Shown here: positions 1 to 10,371 of the stretch, in pieces
Position numbering within the stretch: the stretch's first letter is position 1
How the letters are laid out: each line of letters opens with the position of its first letter
From: Longimicrobiales bacterium
Lineage (GTDB): Bacteria > Gemmatimonadota > Gemmatimonadetes > Longimicrobiales > Gaopeijiaceae
Assembly: GCA_041690395.1 (NCBI GenBank)
Contig: JAWLHJ010000006.1
Location: 198,530-262,529, forward strand
Reading direction: 5' to 3'
DNA: 64,000 nt
The notes under the pieces: model-generated
The model's input: the letters and a program-made list of their open reading frames with translations, nothing else
What the model was told of the DNA's origin: nothing
The model's database searches: none
Program-made: the position numbers and the translations under genes

Positions 1-1
1 A

Positions 2-391
2 CGGCGGCTCTCCGAGCACCCGCTGGTCACGCGCGTCCTCTACCCGGGGCTCGCCGGAGCGGACCCGGAAGGCATCGTCGGGCGCCAGATGAGCGGCCCC
101 GGGAGCATCCTGTCCTTCGAGCTACCGACCGGTGAAGCGGCCAAGGCGCTCATGCGTGGCCTTTCGTTGATCACGCCCGCGGTGAGCCTCGGTTCGACCG
201 ACTCGCTCATCCAGCACCCCGCCGGCCTGACGCACCGTGTGGTCTCCCCGGCCGCCCGGGCATCGATGGGCATTGCCGACGGTCTGCTACGGCTGTCGGT
301 GGGCCTGGAATCCGCGGATGCCCTGTGGACGGACCTGTTGGTAGGGCTGGCCCTGGCCGAACCCGCGACGTCGCTCACGGTGACGGTCTGA
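2..391 (+). CDS. PLP-dependent Cys/Met metabolism enzyme (methionine gamma-lyase/cystathionine gamma-synthase family), 3' part only
   Basis: Frame is open from the window edge: RLSEHPLVTRVLYPGL...AVSLGSTDSLIQHPAGLTH...GLLRLSVGLE, the characteristic C-terminal motifs of the family. Confidence 0.9.
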   Translation, partial: RRLSEHPLVTRVLYPGLAGADPEGIVGRQMSGPGSILSFELPTGEAAKALMRGLSLITPAVSLGSTDSLIQHPAGLTHRVVSPAARASMGIADGLLRLSVGLESADALWTDLLVGLALAEPATSLTVTV

Positions 392-394
392 GAT

Positions 395-433
395 GATTCG
401 GGGCCCCCTCGCTGAGCGAGGGGGCCCCGAATC
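395..433. terminator. Perfect 18-bp hairpin between convergent genes (probable bidirectional terminator)
   Basis: GATTCGGGGCCCCCTCGC-TGA-GCGAGGGGGCCCCGAATC lies between the lyase stop and the gyrB stop. No U-tract. Confidence 0.7.
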
Positions 434-475
434 GTCGGCGTCCGGCGGCCCGCGCGGTAATGCGTGGGCCCCTCC

Positions 476-2449
<1,974 letters not shown>

Positions 2450-2758
2450 CTACTCCGTCCCCGCCAACGCGAAGACGACTCGTTCGAAGGGAGCGTCCTC
2501 GACGCGCTCGTTCACGCGCTCGAGGAAGTCCCGCTTCATCATGTTCAACTCCATCAACCAGGCGCTGCTACGCACCTCGACGAAGAGCGTCGTGTCTTCC
2601 ACGCCCTTCGCCCGCGTGACCTTCGCGAGCTCGTCGCCCACGATGTCCGGCCACAGCTCCAACACCTCCATGCGGCGCACCTGATCCCGAACGCCGTGCC
2701 GTTCCAGCACGCCGCTCAGGAGCCCGCCGATCCTGGCCGGCCCGCCGCCCCTCTTCAC
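2450..2758 (-). CDS. DUF721 / DciA-family protein
   Basis: W..IVG..LA, L.VEV.SSAW..EL motif. It sits in the canonical position between recF and gyrB, and the GTG start overlaps the recF TGA (GTGA). Confidence 0.85.
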   Translation of the reverse strand: MKRGGGPARIGGLLSGVLERHGVRDQVRRMEVLELWPDIVGDELAKVTRAKGVEDTTLFVEVRSSAWLMELNMMKRDFLERVNERVEDAPFERVVFALAGTE

Positions 2759-3879
2759 GTCTCGATCTTCCCGGCGTGGATCCGCCACTGCGGAAGCACG
2801 TCCTTACGCACCCGCACGTCCGATGGCTTGGGCGCCGTGAGGAGCACCTGCCCGACATCCGCCGAATCCATCAGGGTGAGCACTCGCTCGCTCCGTCCGG
2901 CGTCGAGCTCGGCGAACACGTCGTCGAGCAGCATGAGCGGCTCGGTGCCACGCCGCCGCCGGATCGTCCGTGCCTCGACCAGCCGCAACGCCAGAGCCGC
3001 CGTCCGTCGTTGACCGCCGGACCCGTACGCTCGGAGGTCCAGACCGTTCCCTTCTCCTGCGAGCTTGAGCCGGACTTCGTCCCGGTGCGGGCCGACGACC
3101 GTGACCGCGGTCCGCCGCTCCCGCTCGGCGGAGTCCTCGAGCGCCACGCGGAACGCCTCCTCGATTTCGGGGACGGTTTCCGCGCCGTCGAGGGTCACGC
3201 TGGACCGATACGCCATCTCGGCTCCCCCCTCGTCGGAGATGGTGTCGTAGCAGTCGGAGAATGCCTCACGACTCTCCCGAATCCACGCCATGCGGGCCTC
3301 GATCACGAGCGCGCCGCTCCTGACCAGGCCGCCGTTCCACGCGGTGACCGCCGCACGCGGCTGATTCGTCTTGAGAGACGCGTTCCTGCGAGACAGGACC
3401 TGACGGTACTCCTGCAACGCCTCGAGGTACCCGGGCTCGTTCAGCGAGAGCACGATGTCGAGGAAGCGTCGACGCTCGGAGGGGCCGCCGCTCACCAACT
3501 CGATGTCGGCAGGGGAAAAGATCACGGCCGCCAGGCGGCCGATCGCGTCACCGAGCCGGTCCGGCTCGTTGCCGTCGACGGTGACCTTCTTCCGCTTTCC
3601 GTCGCGCGCGAACGCCGCCGTGATCTCGCTGATCGCATCACCCTCGTCTCCGGACTCGACCGTGCCGCCGACCCGGAAGACCGGCTCGTCGAACGAGACG
3701 AGCTGATCGTCGCGGGCCCCGCGAAAGGACCTGAACGTCTCGAGATAGTAGATCGCCTCGAGGAAGCTGGACTTCCCCTGGGCGTTGTCGCCGACGAGGG
3801 CCGCTCCCTCCCGAGGGATCATCAGCTCCTGCCGTCCCAGGTTCCGGAACCCGCGCAGGGCGAGGCCCGTCAAGCGCAC
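2755..3879 (-). CDS. recF: DNA replication and repair protein RecF
   Basis: FRNL, Walker A GDNAQGKS, GGPSERRRFLD, GPHRDE, GSGGQ, LLDDVFAELD. Start placed at GTG 3879 (uncertain). Confidence 0.95.
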   Translation of the reverse strand: MRLTGLALRGFRNLGRQELMIPREGAALVGDNAQGKSSFLEAIYYLETFRSFRGARDDQLVSFDEPVFRVGGTVESGDEGDAISEITAAFARDGKRKKVTVDGNEPDRLGDAIGRLAAVIFSPADIELVSGGPSERRRFLDIVLSLNEPGYLEALQEYRQVLSRRNASLKTNQPRAAVTAWNGGLVRSGALVIEARMAWIRESREAFSDCYDTISDEGGAEMAYRSSVTLDGAETVPEIEEAFRVALEDSAERERRTAVTVVGPHRDEVRLKLAGEGNGLDLRAYGSGGQRRTAALALRLVEARTIRRRRGTEPLMLLDDVFAELDAGRSERVLTLMDSADVGQVLLTAPKPSDVRVRKDVLPQWRIHAGKIET

Positions 3880-4044
3880 GCGGGTCGGCTGGGAAGGTTC
3901 CTTCGAGGCATGGAGAAAGTTAACCGCGAGCACCCGGCCCGACCACCCCCGCCGCCGGTGCTGAAGCCGTTGCGCCGCAATGCTTTCAGGCCCCGGGCGA
4001 GGGGACCGGCAGGTATGTCGGGAACCGGTCTGCCTCGGGCCGCG

Positions 4045-4830
4045 TTACCGACCCTTGAACTCCGGCTTGCGCTTCTCCAGGAAGGCGTTCATGCCCTCCT
4101 TCATGTCCTCTGTGGAGGCGAGAAGGCCGAACAGCGACGATTCGTAGTCGAGGGCTTCGGCCGTGGCCGTGTCCAACGCCCGGTAGATCGACTCGAGGGC
4201 CATGCGCACGGCGACCGGACCGTTCTTCGTGACCTTCCGGAGCAGCTTGTGCGCCTCGTCCATGAGCTCCGCGCGCGGCACGACGGCCGACACGACGCCC
4301 AGATCGCGCGCCCGCTCCGCGTCGAACATCTCGCCTGTGAGCGTCAGCTCGATGGCTCGGCCGAGTCCGGTCAGCCTCGCGAGTCGGATCGTGCCGCCGT
4401 AGCCCGGAATGATGCCCAGCCCGACCTCGGGAAGCCCGAACTTCGCATTGTCCGAAGCGATCCGCATGTGGCACGCCAACGCGAGCTCGAAGCCGCCGCC
4501 CAGTGAGAAGCCACCCACGGCCGCGAGCACCGGCTTTGGAAAGCGCTCGATGGCCCGGAACACGTCCTGGCCGTCCCGACTCACGCGGACCCCGGACACC
4601 GAGTCCATCTTGGCGAGCTCACCGATGTCCGCACCCGCAACGAACGCCTTCTCGCCGCCGCCGGTGAGGATGACCCCCCGGACCGAGTCGTCGTCTCGAA
4701 GGCTTGCGAAGGCTTCTCCGATTTCCGCCACGACGTCCGCGTTGAGCGCGTTCATCTTTTCCTGGCGGTCGACGACCACGGTTGCGATCTCCGTGTCGCG
4801 CTCGACTCTCACGTGGGCCCAATCGGTCAT
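4045..4830 (-). CDS. Enoyl-CoA hydratase (crotonase family)
   Basis: AFVAGADI, GGGFELALACH, FGLPEVGLGIIPGYGGT. GGAGG RBS about 9 nt before ATG 4830. Confidence 0.93.
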   Translation of the reverse strand: MTDWAHVRVERDTEIATVVVDRQEKMNALNADVVAEIGEAFASLRDDDSVRGVILTGGGEKAFVAGADIGELAKMDSVSGVRVSRDGQDVFRAIERFPKPVLAAVGGFSLGGGFELALACHMRIASDNAKFGLPEVGLGIIPGYGGTIRLARLTGLGRAIELTLTGEMFDAERARDLGVVSAVVPRAELMDEAHKLLRKVTKNGPVAVRMALESIYRALDTATAEALDYESSLFGLLASTEDMKEGMNAFLEKRKPEFKGR

Positions 4831-5004
4831 TCCGGTCATCCTCCGGGGGTGTTTACGTCGTTCGCAGCCACGCAAGATAGCGACCCACGGCGACATGGAA
4901 AAAGGCGGACCCAGGCCTTACCTTCACGCGCCGGCGGAGCCGCCCGCGATGGGCGTCGGCGCCGGTCTTCGAGTCCCGCACCACGAGCTACACGAGGAGC
5001 ACGC

Positions 5005-5448
5005 ATGAGTCGTTCGCTCAACAAGGTCATGCTGATCGGGAACGTCGGGAACGACCCCGAGATCCGTGCAACGGGCTCCGGAGCCCGGGTCGCCAAGCTC
5101 TCGCTCGCGACGAACCGGACGTGGTCGGATCGGGCCGGACAGCAGCAGGAGCGGACGGAGTGGCATCGGCTGACCTTCTTCGGCCGCGTCGTCGACATCG
5201 TCGAGCAGTGGGTGAAGAAAGGCGACCGGCTCTACGTCGAGGGGCGGATCGAGTACTCGCAGGTGGAAGGCGAGGGAGGCACGCGGTACTTCACCGACAT
5301 CGTCGTCAACGACATGGTGATGCTCGGATCCTCCGGACCTACATCCGGTGGCGGGGGGGGAGGCGGCGGATACGGCGGCGGTGGGTACGGCGGATCCGAC
5401 GACTCGGGTCCGTCGATGACCGAGCCCGACGACGACCTGCCGTTCTAG
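5005..5448 (+). CDS. ssb: Single-stranded DNA-binding protein
   Basis: MSRSLNKVMLIGNVGNDPE, TEWHR, Gly-rich linker, DDDLPF tail; GAGGAG RBS. Confidence 0.97.
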   Translation: MSRSLNKVMLIGNVGNDPEIRATGSGARVAKLSLATNRTWSDRAGQQQERTEWHRLTFFGRVVDIVEQWVKKGDRLYVEGRIEYSQVEGEGGTRYFTDIVVNDMVMLGSSGPTSGGGGGGGGYGGGGYGGSDDSGPSMTEPDDDLPF

Positions 5449-5478
5449 CAGGTCGCTGGAAGAGCGGAGCGCGCCGCC

Positions 5479-5886
5479 TCAGCCGTCCGTGGGCGCTTCC
5501 ATCTCGGATCGCCACAGCCCCATCAGGTACGCGTCGTAGCGCTCCGGGTTCGCGACGTAATCCTCGACCCAGACCTCGAACGGGGGAAGCGCGACACGGC
5601 GGGACAGCCAGCCGGTGGCGACCTGGACCATCTCGGCGTACCCGAGACTCCCGCCGCCCCCTTCTTCCACCTGGGCGCGGTGCGCGATCAGGTAGATCTC
5701 GTCCGGAGTAAGGTAGACGAGAAGATCCGCGATCTGGGCCGAGCAGTAGTCCAGATATTTGGCCCGCAGGAGCTCGAGAGGCTCGCTCCCGCCTCGCTCG
5801 CCTGCGTCCACTTCTGCCTCCCGCCGGACGTGAAAAAGCCCCCGGCTCACACCGGGCGCGAAGGAATGGAGCGTGTCCGCTCCCAT
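5479..5886 (-). CDS. Hypothetical protein, paralogue of 6516-7085
   Basis: Natural protein composition. Shares LR..Y..Y...Q...L...L..D and LPPF[ED]VW..D....PE with the 6516-7085 product. Confidence 0.75.
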   Translation of the reverse strand: MGADTLHSFAPGVSRGLFHVRREAEVDAGERGGSEPLELLRAKYLDYCSAQIADLLVYLTPDEIYLIAHRAQVEEGGGGSLGYAEMVQVATGWLSRRVALPPFEVWVEDYVANPERYDAYLMGLWRSEMEAPTDG

Positions 5887-5928
5887 CGCGCCTAGGTATG
5901 TACCGCGGGGCTGCTCAGCGCAAGGGGT

Positions 5929-6138
5929 TCAGCTGAGAGGTGCGGCGGCGCCCTCCGCCTGGTCTCCGAGGGTCGCGCCCTCACCGTCGCGCAGATGCCG
6001 GTAGATGGAACGTCGCGTGAGGCCGTACAACACGATCCGACTCAGAAACTCAGGGTCGCTCTCCTGGACCTCTTCGGCCTGCGCTGCGATATCGCGCGGA
6101 AGGCGAACATTAAGCTGAACGGACCGGGTTTCCCACAT
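5929..6138 (-). CDS. Small protein, ribbon-helix-helix-like
   Basis: VQLNVRLP (alternating beta strand) followed by two predicted helices; GAGG RBS before ATG 6138. Confidence 0.6.
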   Translation of the reverse strand: MWETRSVQLNVRLPRDIAAQAEEVQESDPEFLSRIVLYGLTRRSIYRHLRDGEGATLGDQAEGAAAPLS

Positions 6139-6184
6139 CGACACACCTCACCCTGATTCTATGGGGTAAAAAAAACCTGCAATT

Positions 6185-6203
6185 CGAACTTTCTCGAAGT
6201 TCG
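6185..6203. promoter_or_regulatory. 7-5-7 inverted repeat (candidate operator)
   Basis: CGAACTT-TCTCG-AAGTTCG, directly upstream of a TTGCAG-N15-TAGAAT promoter-like sequence pointing at the RHH-like gene. Confidence 0.35.
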
Positions 6204-6328
6204 GCATCTTTCCCCAGCGCCGCAGGGCACGGGGTGCCGGCCAGCCTTAACGTGCGATCAACGGTAAGCGGGGCCACCGGGGGGCGCAACCCCTGAAAAC
6301 GGGACACCGCAAGAAGCCCGAAGACACA

Positions 6329-6353
6329 TAAGTTGTTGCAATGTCGCAACTTA
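6329..6353. promoter_or_regulatory. AT-rich inverted repeat with IHF-like half site
   Basis: TAAGTTG-N11-CAACTTA. The minus strand reads CAACAACTTA, matching the CAAnnnnTTR core of the IHF consensus. Confidence 0.35.
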
Positions 6354-6515
6354 GTGTTTTGGCGACAGCAGGCGAATTCACCTGTTCCTGAGTCGCTCAC
6401 GATGCTGGATCGCAACTCGCCCGCAATGCGGAAGTACAAGCGGCGCACCGGGTTCTCGACCGAGCATCGTCACCGGACAGCCATGTCTCCGTACCCTGAT
6501 TTTTACAAAAAACAC

Positions 6516-7085
6516 TCAGGCGAGACAGGACCGCAGGAAGGCCTCGAGCGAGGTGACGTCGAAGTCCATGAAGCGGTCTCGGAGGGCTTCGGCGGACGCC
6601 TCCCGGAACACGGGTGCGGTTCGATGGGAATCGTGCAGCGCGGGCCCCGTGAACGCGAGGTGCGCGCGCCATGCGCCGTCGTGCGGATAAGCGCACAACG
6701 TGACCCTCCAGCGCTCGTCGCCCCGGGTCAGCTCGCGCGCGGCCAGGGTGGCGGGATCAGCGGGCGAAGGGGCGTCGACGGCCTCGTCCCAATCCTCGAA
6801 GTGTGCCTCGGGATGGCGCGCCAGATCGGCCAACCACACATCGAAAGGGGGGAGGGGCAGCAGCGTGACGCAGTGCTCCATCAACACACTGAGGGGATCA
6901 GCACCCCCGGCGGTCGTCGCGTCCATGCGGGCGAGGGCGGCGCGGTACAGGGGACGCACGGCGTCCTTCGGCAGGATCGAAACGAGACGCCGCGCCTGGC
7001 GACGCCGGTAGGCGCGATACCAACGCCGTAGCTCCTCCTCACTAGCGCCGGTGCGGGCGCTGACCTCGAGGGCGGCGGGAGTCAC
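6516..7085 (-). CDS. Hypothetical two-domain protein
   Basis: N-terminal domain paralogous to 5479-5886; extra C-terminal beta/alpha domain (RWRVTL...WRAHLAF...RTAPVF). Starts 10 nt after the 7096 stop. Confidence 0.75.
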   Translation of the reverse strand: MTPAALEVSARTGASEEELRRWYRAYRRRQARRLVSILPKDAVRPLYRAALARMDATTAGGADPLSVLMEHCVTLLPLPPFDVWLADLARHPEAHFEDWDEAVDAPSPADPATLAARELTRGDERWRVTLCAYPHDGAWRAHLAFTGPALHDSHRTAPVFREASAEALRDRFMDFDVTSLEAFLRSCLA

Positions 7086-7095
7086 GCGGCTCCGC

Positions 7096-7980
7096 TCAAT
7101 GGACGGTGGCGGTCGCGAGGGGCGATCCCGTCCCCTTGCGACCCTCCGTGGGCTGGCCGCCCTGAAGGCCCGAAAGCGTCTCGCGAGCTCCGAAGGTGTC
7201 GACGACTCCCGACACCGCTGCGAAGCGATCCGGCTCGAAGCGTGATGCGAGTCGCGCGAGTCCCCGTCGCACCAGGGCCAGTACGTCGCGAACGTCGCTC
7301 ATGGACCGCGGAAGCTCGAAGGCCACGCGATAGCGAAGGCCGGCCTCGCGCGGGGACGGGCTGACCCGCCGGAGCGGCACGCCGGGGAACGCCTCGAGCA
7401 ACGCTCCCTCGAACTCTTCGTCCGGCGTGTGGAGCGCGGTCCGGAAGACCAGGGCGCAATCGTCGTAGTCCAAAACGGCCCTCACGATCCGCCCGGCACC
7501 GAGCACGATACGGATCGAAGTGCCCTCGTGCAGATCGAAGTCCCGGCAGATGTCCCGGTACCCGATCCTGAGGAGCACGGGGCGCGTGAGTGGTCCGAAG
7601 CCGAGTCTCTCCAACACGTTGAGCGCGACCTGGAAGCCGTATCTTCGTACCTCGTGCGTGTCCTCGGTGGCGGCCGCCCGCTCGAGGAGCCGCTCGACGT
7701 GTTCGTGGGTCGGCTCGTACGCCCAGTCGAGCACGACCAACTCACGGCTCAGGTCGAGCACCTTGGAGCGCCCGCTCCCGAGATCCACGACCTCGGAGGC
7801 GGCGGCGTAGCGGCCATCGACGACCAGCGCCATGCCGATGTCTTCGATACGCCCACCGGCGAAATCCATCTCGTGGACGTCCCGGTACTGGACGATGGCG
7901 CGGGTGAGAGGCAGCGCGCAGACCCCGGGCACGTCGCCCATCGCCTCCGTCCGGCCGTAGCTACGCACAGCTGGGTCCAT
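7096..7980 (-). CDS. Hypothetical protein
   Basis: 294-aa ORF with normal composition and an AAGGAG RBS before ATG 7980; no family recognised. Confidence 0.75.
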   Translation of the reverse strand: MDPAVRSYGRTEAMGDVPGVCALPLTRAIVQYRDVHEMDFAGGRIEDIGMALVVDGRYAAASEVVDLGSGRSKVLDLSRELVVLDWAYEPTHEHVERLLERAAATEDTHEVRRYGFQVALNVLERLGFGPLTRPVLLRIGYRDICRDFDLHEGTSIRIVLGAGRIVRAVLDYDDCALVFRTALHTPDEEFEGALLEAFPGVPLRRVSPSPREAGLRYRVAFELPRSMSDVRDVLALVRRGLARLASRFEPDRFAAVSGVVDTFGARETLSGLQGGQPTEGRKGTGSPLATATVH

Positions 7981-8090
7981 GATGGCTCCTTCCGGTCGCG
8001 GCGCGGACGCGGCGCTTCGATCGACTGAACAACCGGACGCCGAGGTCCGGAACGCGGGGAAAGCACGATAACCATTTGTTTCCGCGGATC

Positions 8091-8105
8091 GCAATGCTGC
8101 TTCCA
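8091..8105 (-). promoter_or_regulatory. Candidate sigma54 (-24/-12) promoter
   Basis: Minus strand TGGAAGCAGCATTGC has exact GG-N10-GC spacing and TTGC; it lies about 110 bp upstream of ATG 7980. Confidence 0.45.
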
Positions 8106-8229
8106 CGCGGCCGACGGGCCATCTCGGGGGCCATGCTCCGGCCCCACCGGACCGGCGTTGCTCCCCGGAGCGGATCGCTTTAACTTTCCAAGCTCATCAT
8201 CTGTTTCAACCCGTAGGAAGGTGATCCTC

Positions 8230-8427
8230 TTGGAAGTCGTCGTTCAGGACAACGAGAGCCTCGACCGCGCTCTGCGCCGGTTCAAGCGCAAGGTGCAGCG
8301 GTCCGGTCTCTATTCCGAGCTCCGCAAGCGGCGGTACTACGAGAAGCCCAGCGCCCAGCGGAAGCGGAAGCGGGAAGCTGCGATTCGTAGAGAGCGTCGA
8401 CGTCAGCGTCGCGGACGTCGACCGTAG
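8230..8427 (+). CDS. rpsU: 30S ribosomal protein S21
   Basis: [14 protein letters not shown]...[15 protein letters not shown] start assumed; GTG 8221 is an alternative. Confidence 0.95.
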   Translation: MEVVVQDNESLDRALRRFKRKVQRSGLYSELRKRRYYEKPSAQRKRKREAAIRRERRRQRRGRRP

Positions 8428-8454
8428 CGCCGCGGCGTAAGCCGCGAACGACTG

Positions 8455-8492
8455 AAAAGGCCGGCCCCCGTCGACGGGAGCCGGCCTTTTTT
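8455..8492 (+). terminator. Rho-independent terminator (bidirectional)
   Basis: AAAAGGCCGGC...GCCGGCCTTTTTT after rpsU, facing the convergent AraC gene. Confidence 0.9.
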
Positions 8493-8505
8493 GCGTCCCT
8501 GCGGG

Positions 8506-9291
8506 TCAGGCGACGCGTCGCGAGAACAGATCGTCCAGCGCGCTCCACCCTTCGAGCGCCTCGCGCGTCAGGTGGGCCCGCGCGAACGCGACGAGGAGCC
8601 AGCGACGGGCGTCGGGCTCCCTCAGCCGCCCCGGAGTGGCACCCGTCAGCACCCTGACCATACGACACATGTTGGTATCCGAGGTGAATCCCAGGGCGTT
8701 CGCCGCGGCCGCTACCGTCACCTCGGGCACGGAGAGGGCCTCCGCCACCGCCAGGCTCCGAAGCCAACGCTGGTATGTGAACGGCGACTCGAGGCCCCGT
8801 CTGCGGAAGCGAGCCTTCAGAGCACCTCGGCTCAAGCCGGCGAGCTCCGCCACCTCGCTCAGGTCCGTGTAGCGGGCGGGCAACTCGAGCGTGCGACGTG
8901 CGAAAGACCGGAACGACAGGGGAAGCGGGCCGCCCGCGAGTCGGCCCAGGTCCGCGAGCGTCCGGTCGACCCAGGTCGTTTCGCGGCTCAGTTCCGCGAC
9001 CATCCCACGGAGGCGCGTCTCGATGTAACCGCTGCGCGCCGGTGGAACGTCGTGCCGTTTCCGCGCCCTGTCCCACTTCGAGAGCAACTCCGGTGGAACG
9101 TAGAGGACCGGAACGCCCGAAACCCGTTCCGGCATGACGCCCCGCCGGTCGTCGCACACGAGGAGTCGAGCATGACCGTGCTCCAGCGCGCGGTCGATCC
9201 ACTCCCCGTCGGCCACGACGTCCTCGTCGGGACGGGCGATCCTCCGGACCGCGGCCTGGAGGCCGGGGTCACGCGCGGTGAGCAGGATCAT
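8506..9291 (-). CDS. AraC-family transcriptional regulator
   Basis: C-terminal double HTH (LSEVAELAGLSRGALKARF...VAAAANALGFTSDTNMCRMVRVLTGATP); N-terminus looks like a degenerate receiver. Confidence 0.8.
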   Translation of the reverse strand: MILLTARDPGLQAAVRRIARPDEDVVADGEWIDRALEHGHARLLVCDDRRGVMPERVSGVPVLYVPPELLSKWDRARKRHDVPPARSGYIETRLRGMVAELSRETTWVDRTLADLGRLAGGPLPLSFRSFARRTLELPARYTDLSEVAELAGLSRGALKARFRRRGLESPFTYQRWLRSLAVAEALSVPEVTVAAAANALGFTSDTNMCRMVRVLTGATPGRLREPDARRWLLVAFARAHLTREALEGWSALDDLFSRRVA

Positions 9292-9427
9292 GCGCAGATC
9301 TCATGCGTGGGCTGGTCGTGAGCGATGCCATGAAGCTGCGCGAAGGGCCCGCGGGGCGCAAACGCCCACGGGCCCTCCGTACTCACCAGCGCCCTCCGTG
9401 GGGCGCTCCATCTCCCCGTCGACCCGA

Positions 9428-10306
9428 TCAGATCGGAAGCGGCACCGGCTTTTCGCCGGACCAGTCGTAGAAGCCCTGGCCGGACTTGCGGCCGTACCGG
9501 CCCATCGCGACGATCCGCTTCAGGAGCGGCGGGGGCGCGTAACGCTCCTCCCGGTACTCGTCGAACATGATCTCACTGATCTTGTAGAGGGTGTCGATCC
9601 CCACGAAGTCACAAAGCGTGAAGGGACCCATCGGGTACCCGCAGCCGAGCACCATCCCCGTGTCGATGTCCTCGATGCTCGCCACCCCGCGCTCGAGCTG
9701 GCGGATCGCGTCGAGCATGTAGGGGACGAGCAGCAGGTTCACGACGAAGCCCGAGTTGTCCTTCGCGGCAATCGGCACCTTGCCGAGCTTCTTCGAGAAC
9801 GCGAACGCTCGGTCGAACGTCTCGTCGCTGGTCGCGATCGTGCGAACGACCTCGACGAGCTTCATCACCGGCACCGGATTGAAGAAGTGCAGCCCCACGA
9901 AGCGGTCGGCACGGTCGGTGTTCGCCGCCATGTCCGTGATCGTGAGCGAGCTCGTGTTCGACGCGAAGATCGTGTCGGGGCCGCAGAGGCCGTCGAGCTC
10001 GCCGAACAGGGCGTTCTTCACCTCGAGATCTTCGACGATAGCCTCGATGACGATGTCGCACGGCGCGAGGTCGGCGACCTCGGTCGTGAACGTGAGCCGG
10101 CCCAGGGCGGCATCGCGGTCCTCCGGGGAAATCTTCTCTTTCGACACGGCCCGCTCGAGCGACTTTTCGATGCGGCCGCGCCCCTTGTCCGCCGACGCCT
10201 GATCGACCTCACGAACGATGACGTCGAAGCCGTGGGTCGCGGCCACTTCGGCGATGCCGCTCCCCATGAGACCCGCTCCGACGACGCCCACCTTCTGAAT
10301 GCTCAA
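9428..10306 (-). CDS. hbd: 3-hydroxybutyryl-CoA dehydrogenase
   Basis: GAGLMGSG Rossmann motif, EAIVE, ASNTSS, GLHFFNP, GFVVN, PMGP. Confidence 0.93.
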   Translation of the reverse strand: MSIQKVGVVGAGLMGSGIAEVAATHGFDVIVREVDQASADKGRGRIEKSLERAVSKEKISPEDRDAALGRLTFTTEVADLAPCDIVIEAIVEDLEVKNALFGELDGLCGPDTIFASNTSSLTITDMAANTDRADRFVGLHFFNPVPVMKLVEVVRTIATSDETFDRAFAFSKKLGKVPIAAKDNSGFVVNLLLVPYMLDAIRQLERGVASIEDIDTGMVLGCGYPMGPFTLCDFVGIDTLYKISEIMFDEYREERYAPPPLLKRIVAMGRYGRKSGQGFYDWSGEKPVPLPI

Positions 10307-10334
10307 GATTCGTCTCTCCGTGTATTCCGTAGGA

Positions 10335-10362
10335 TACTCATATTGTACTCAAGACTTACTCA
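10335..10362. promoter_or_regulatory. Three TACTCA/TGAGTA hexamers at exact 11-bp period
   Basis: TACTCA at 10335, 10346 and 10357 in the AT-rich thiolase-hbd spacer. Confidence 0.5.
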
Positions 10363-10371
10363 CGCCGAACG

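Noticed and set aside
4895..5008. 37-codon His-rich ORF overlapping the ssb start (ATGA)
   Set aside because: No RBS, and the His/Glu codons arise from the ssb Shine-Dalgarno region; likely chance.
5345..5400. GGC/GGG-rich low-complexity tract
   Set aside because: It encodes the normal Gly-rich SSB linker.
3880..6515. Possible replication origin near recF-gyrB
   Set aside because: No dnaA/dnaN in the window and no cluster of TTATCCACA boxes in the intergenic DNA. A single TGCGGATAA lies inside a CDS.
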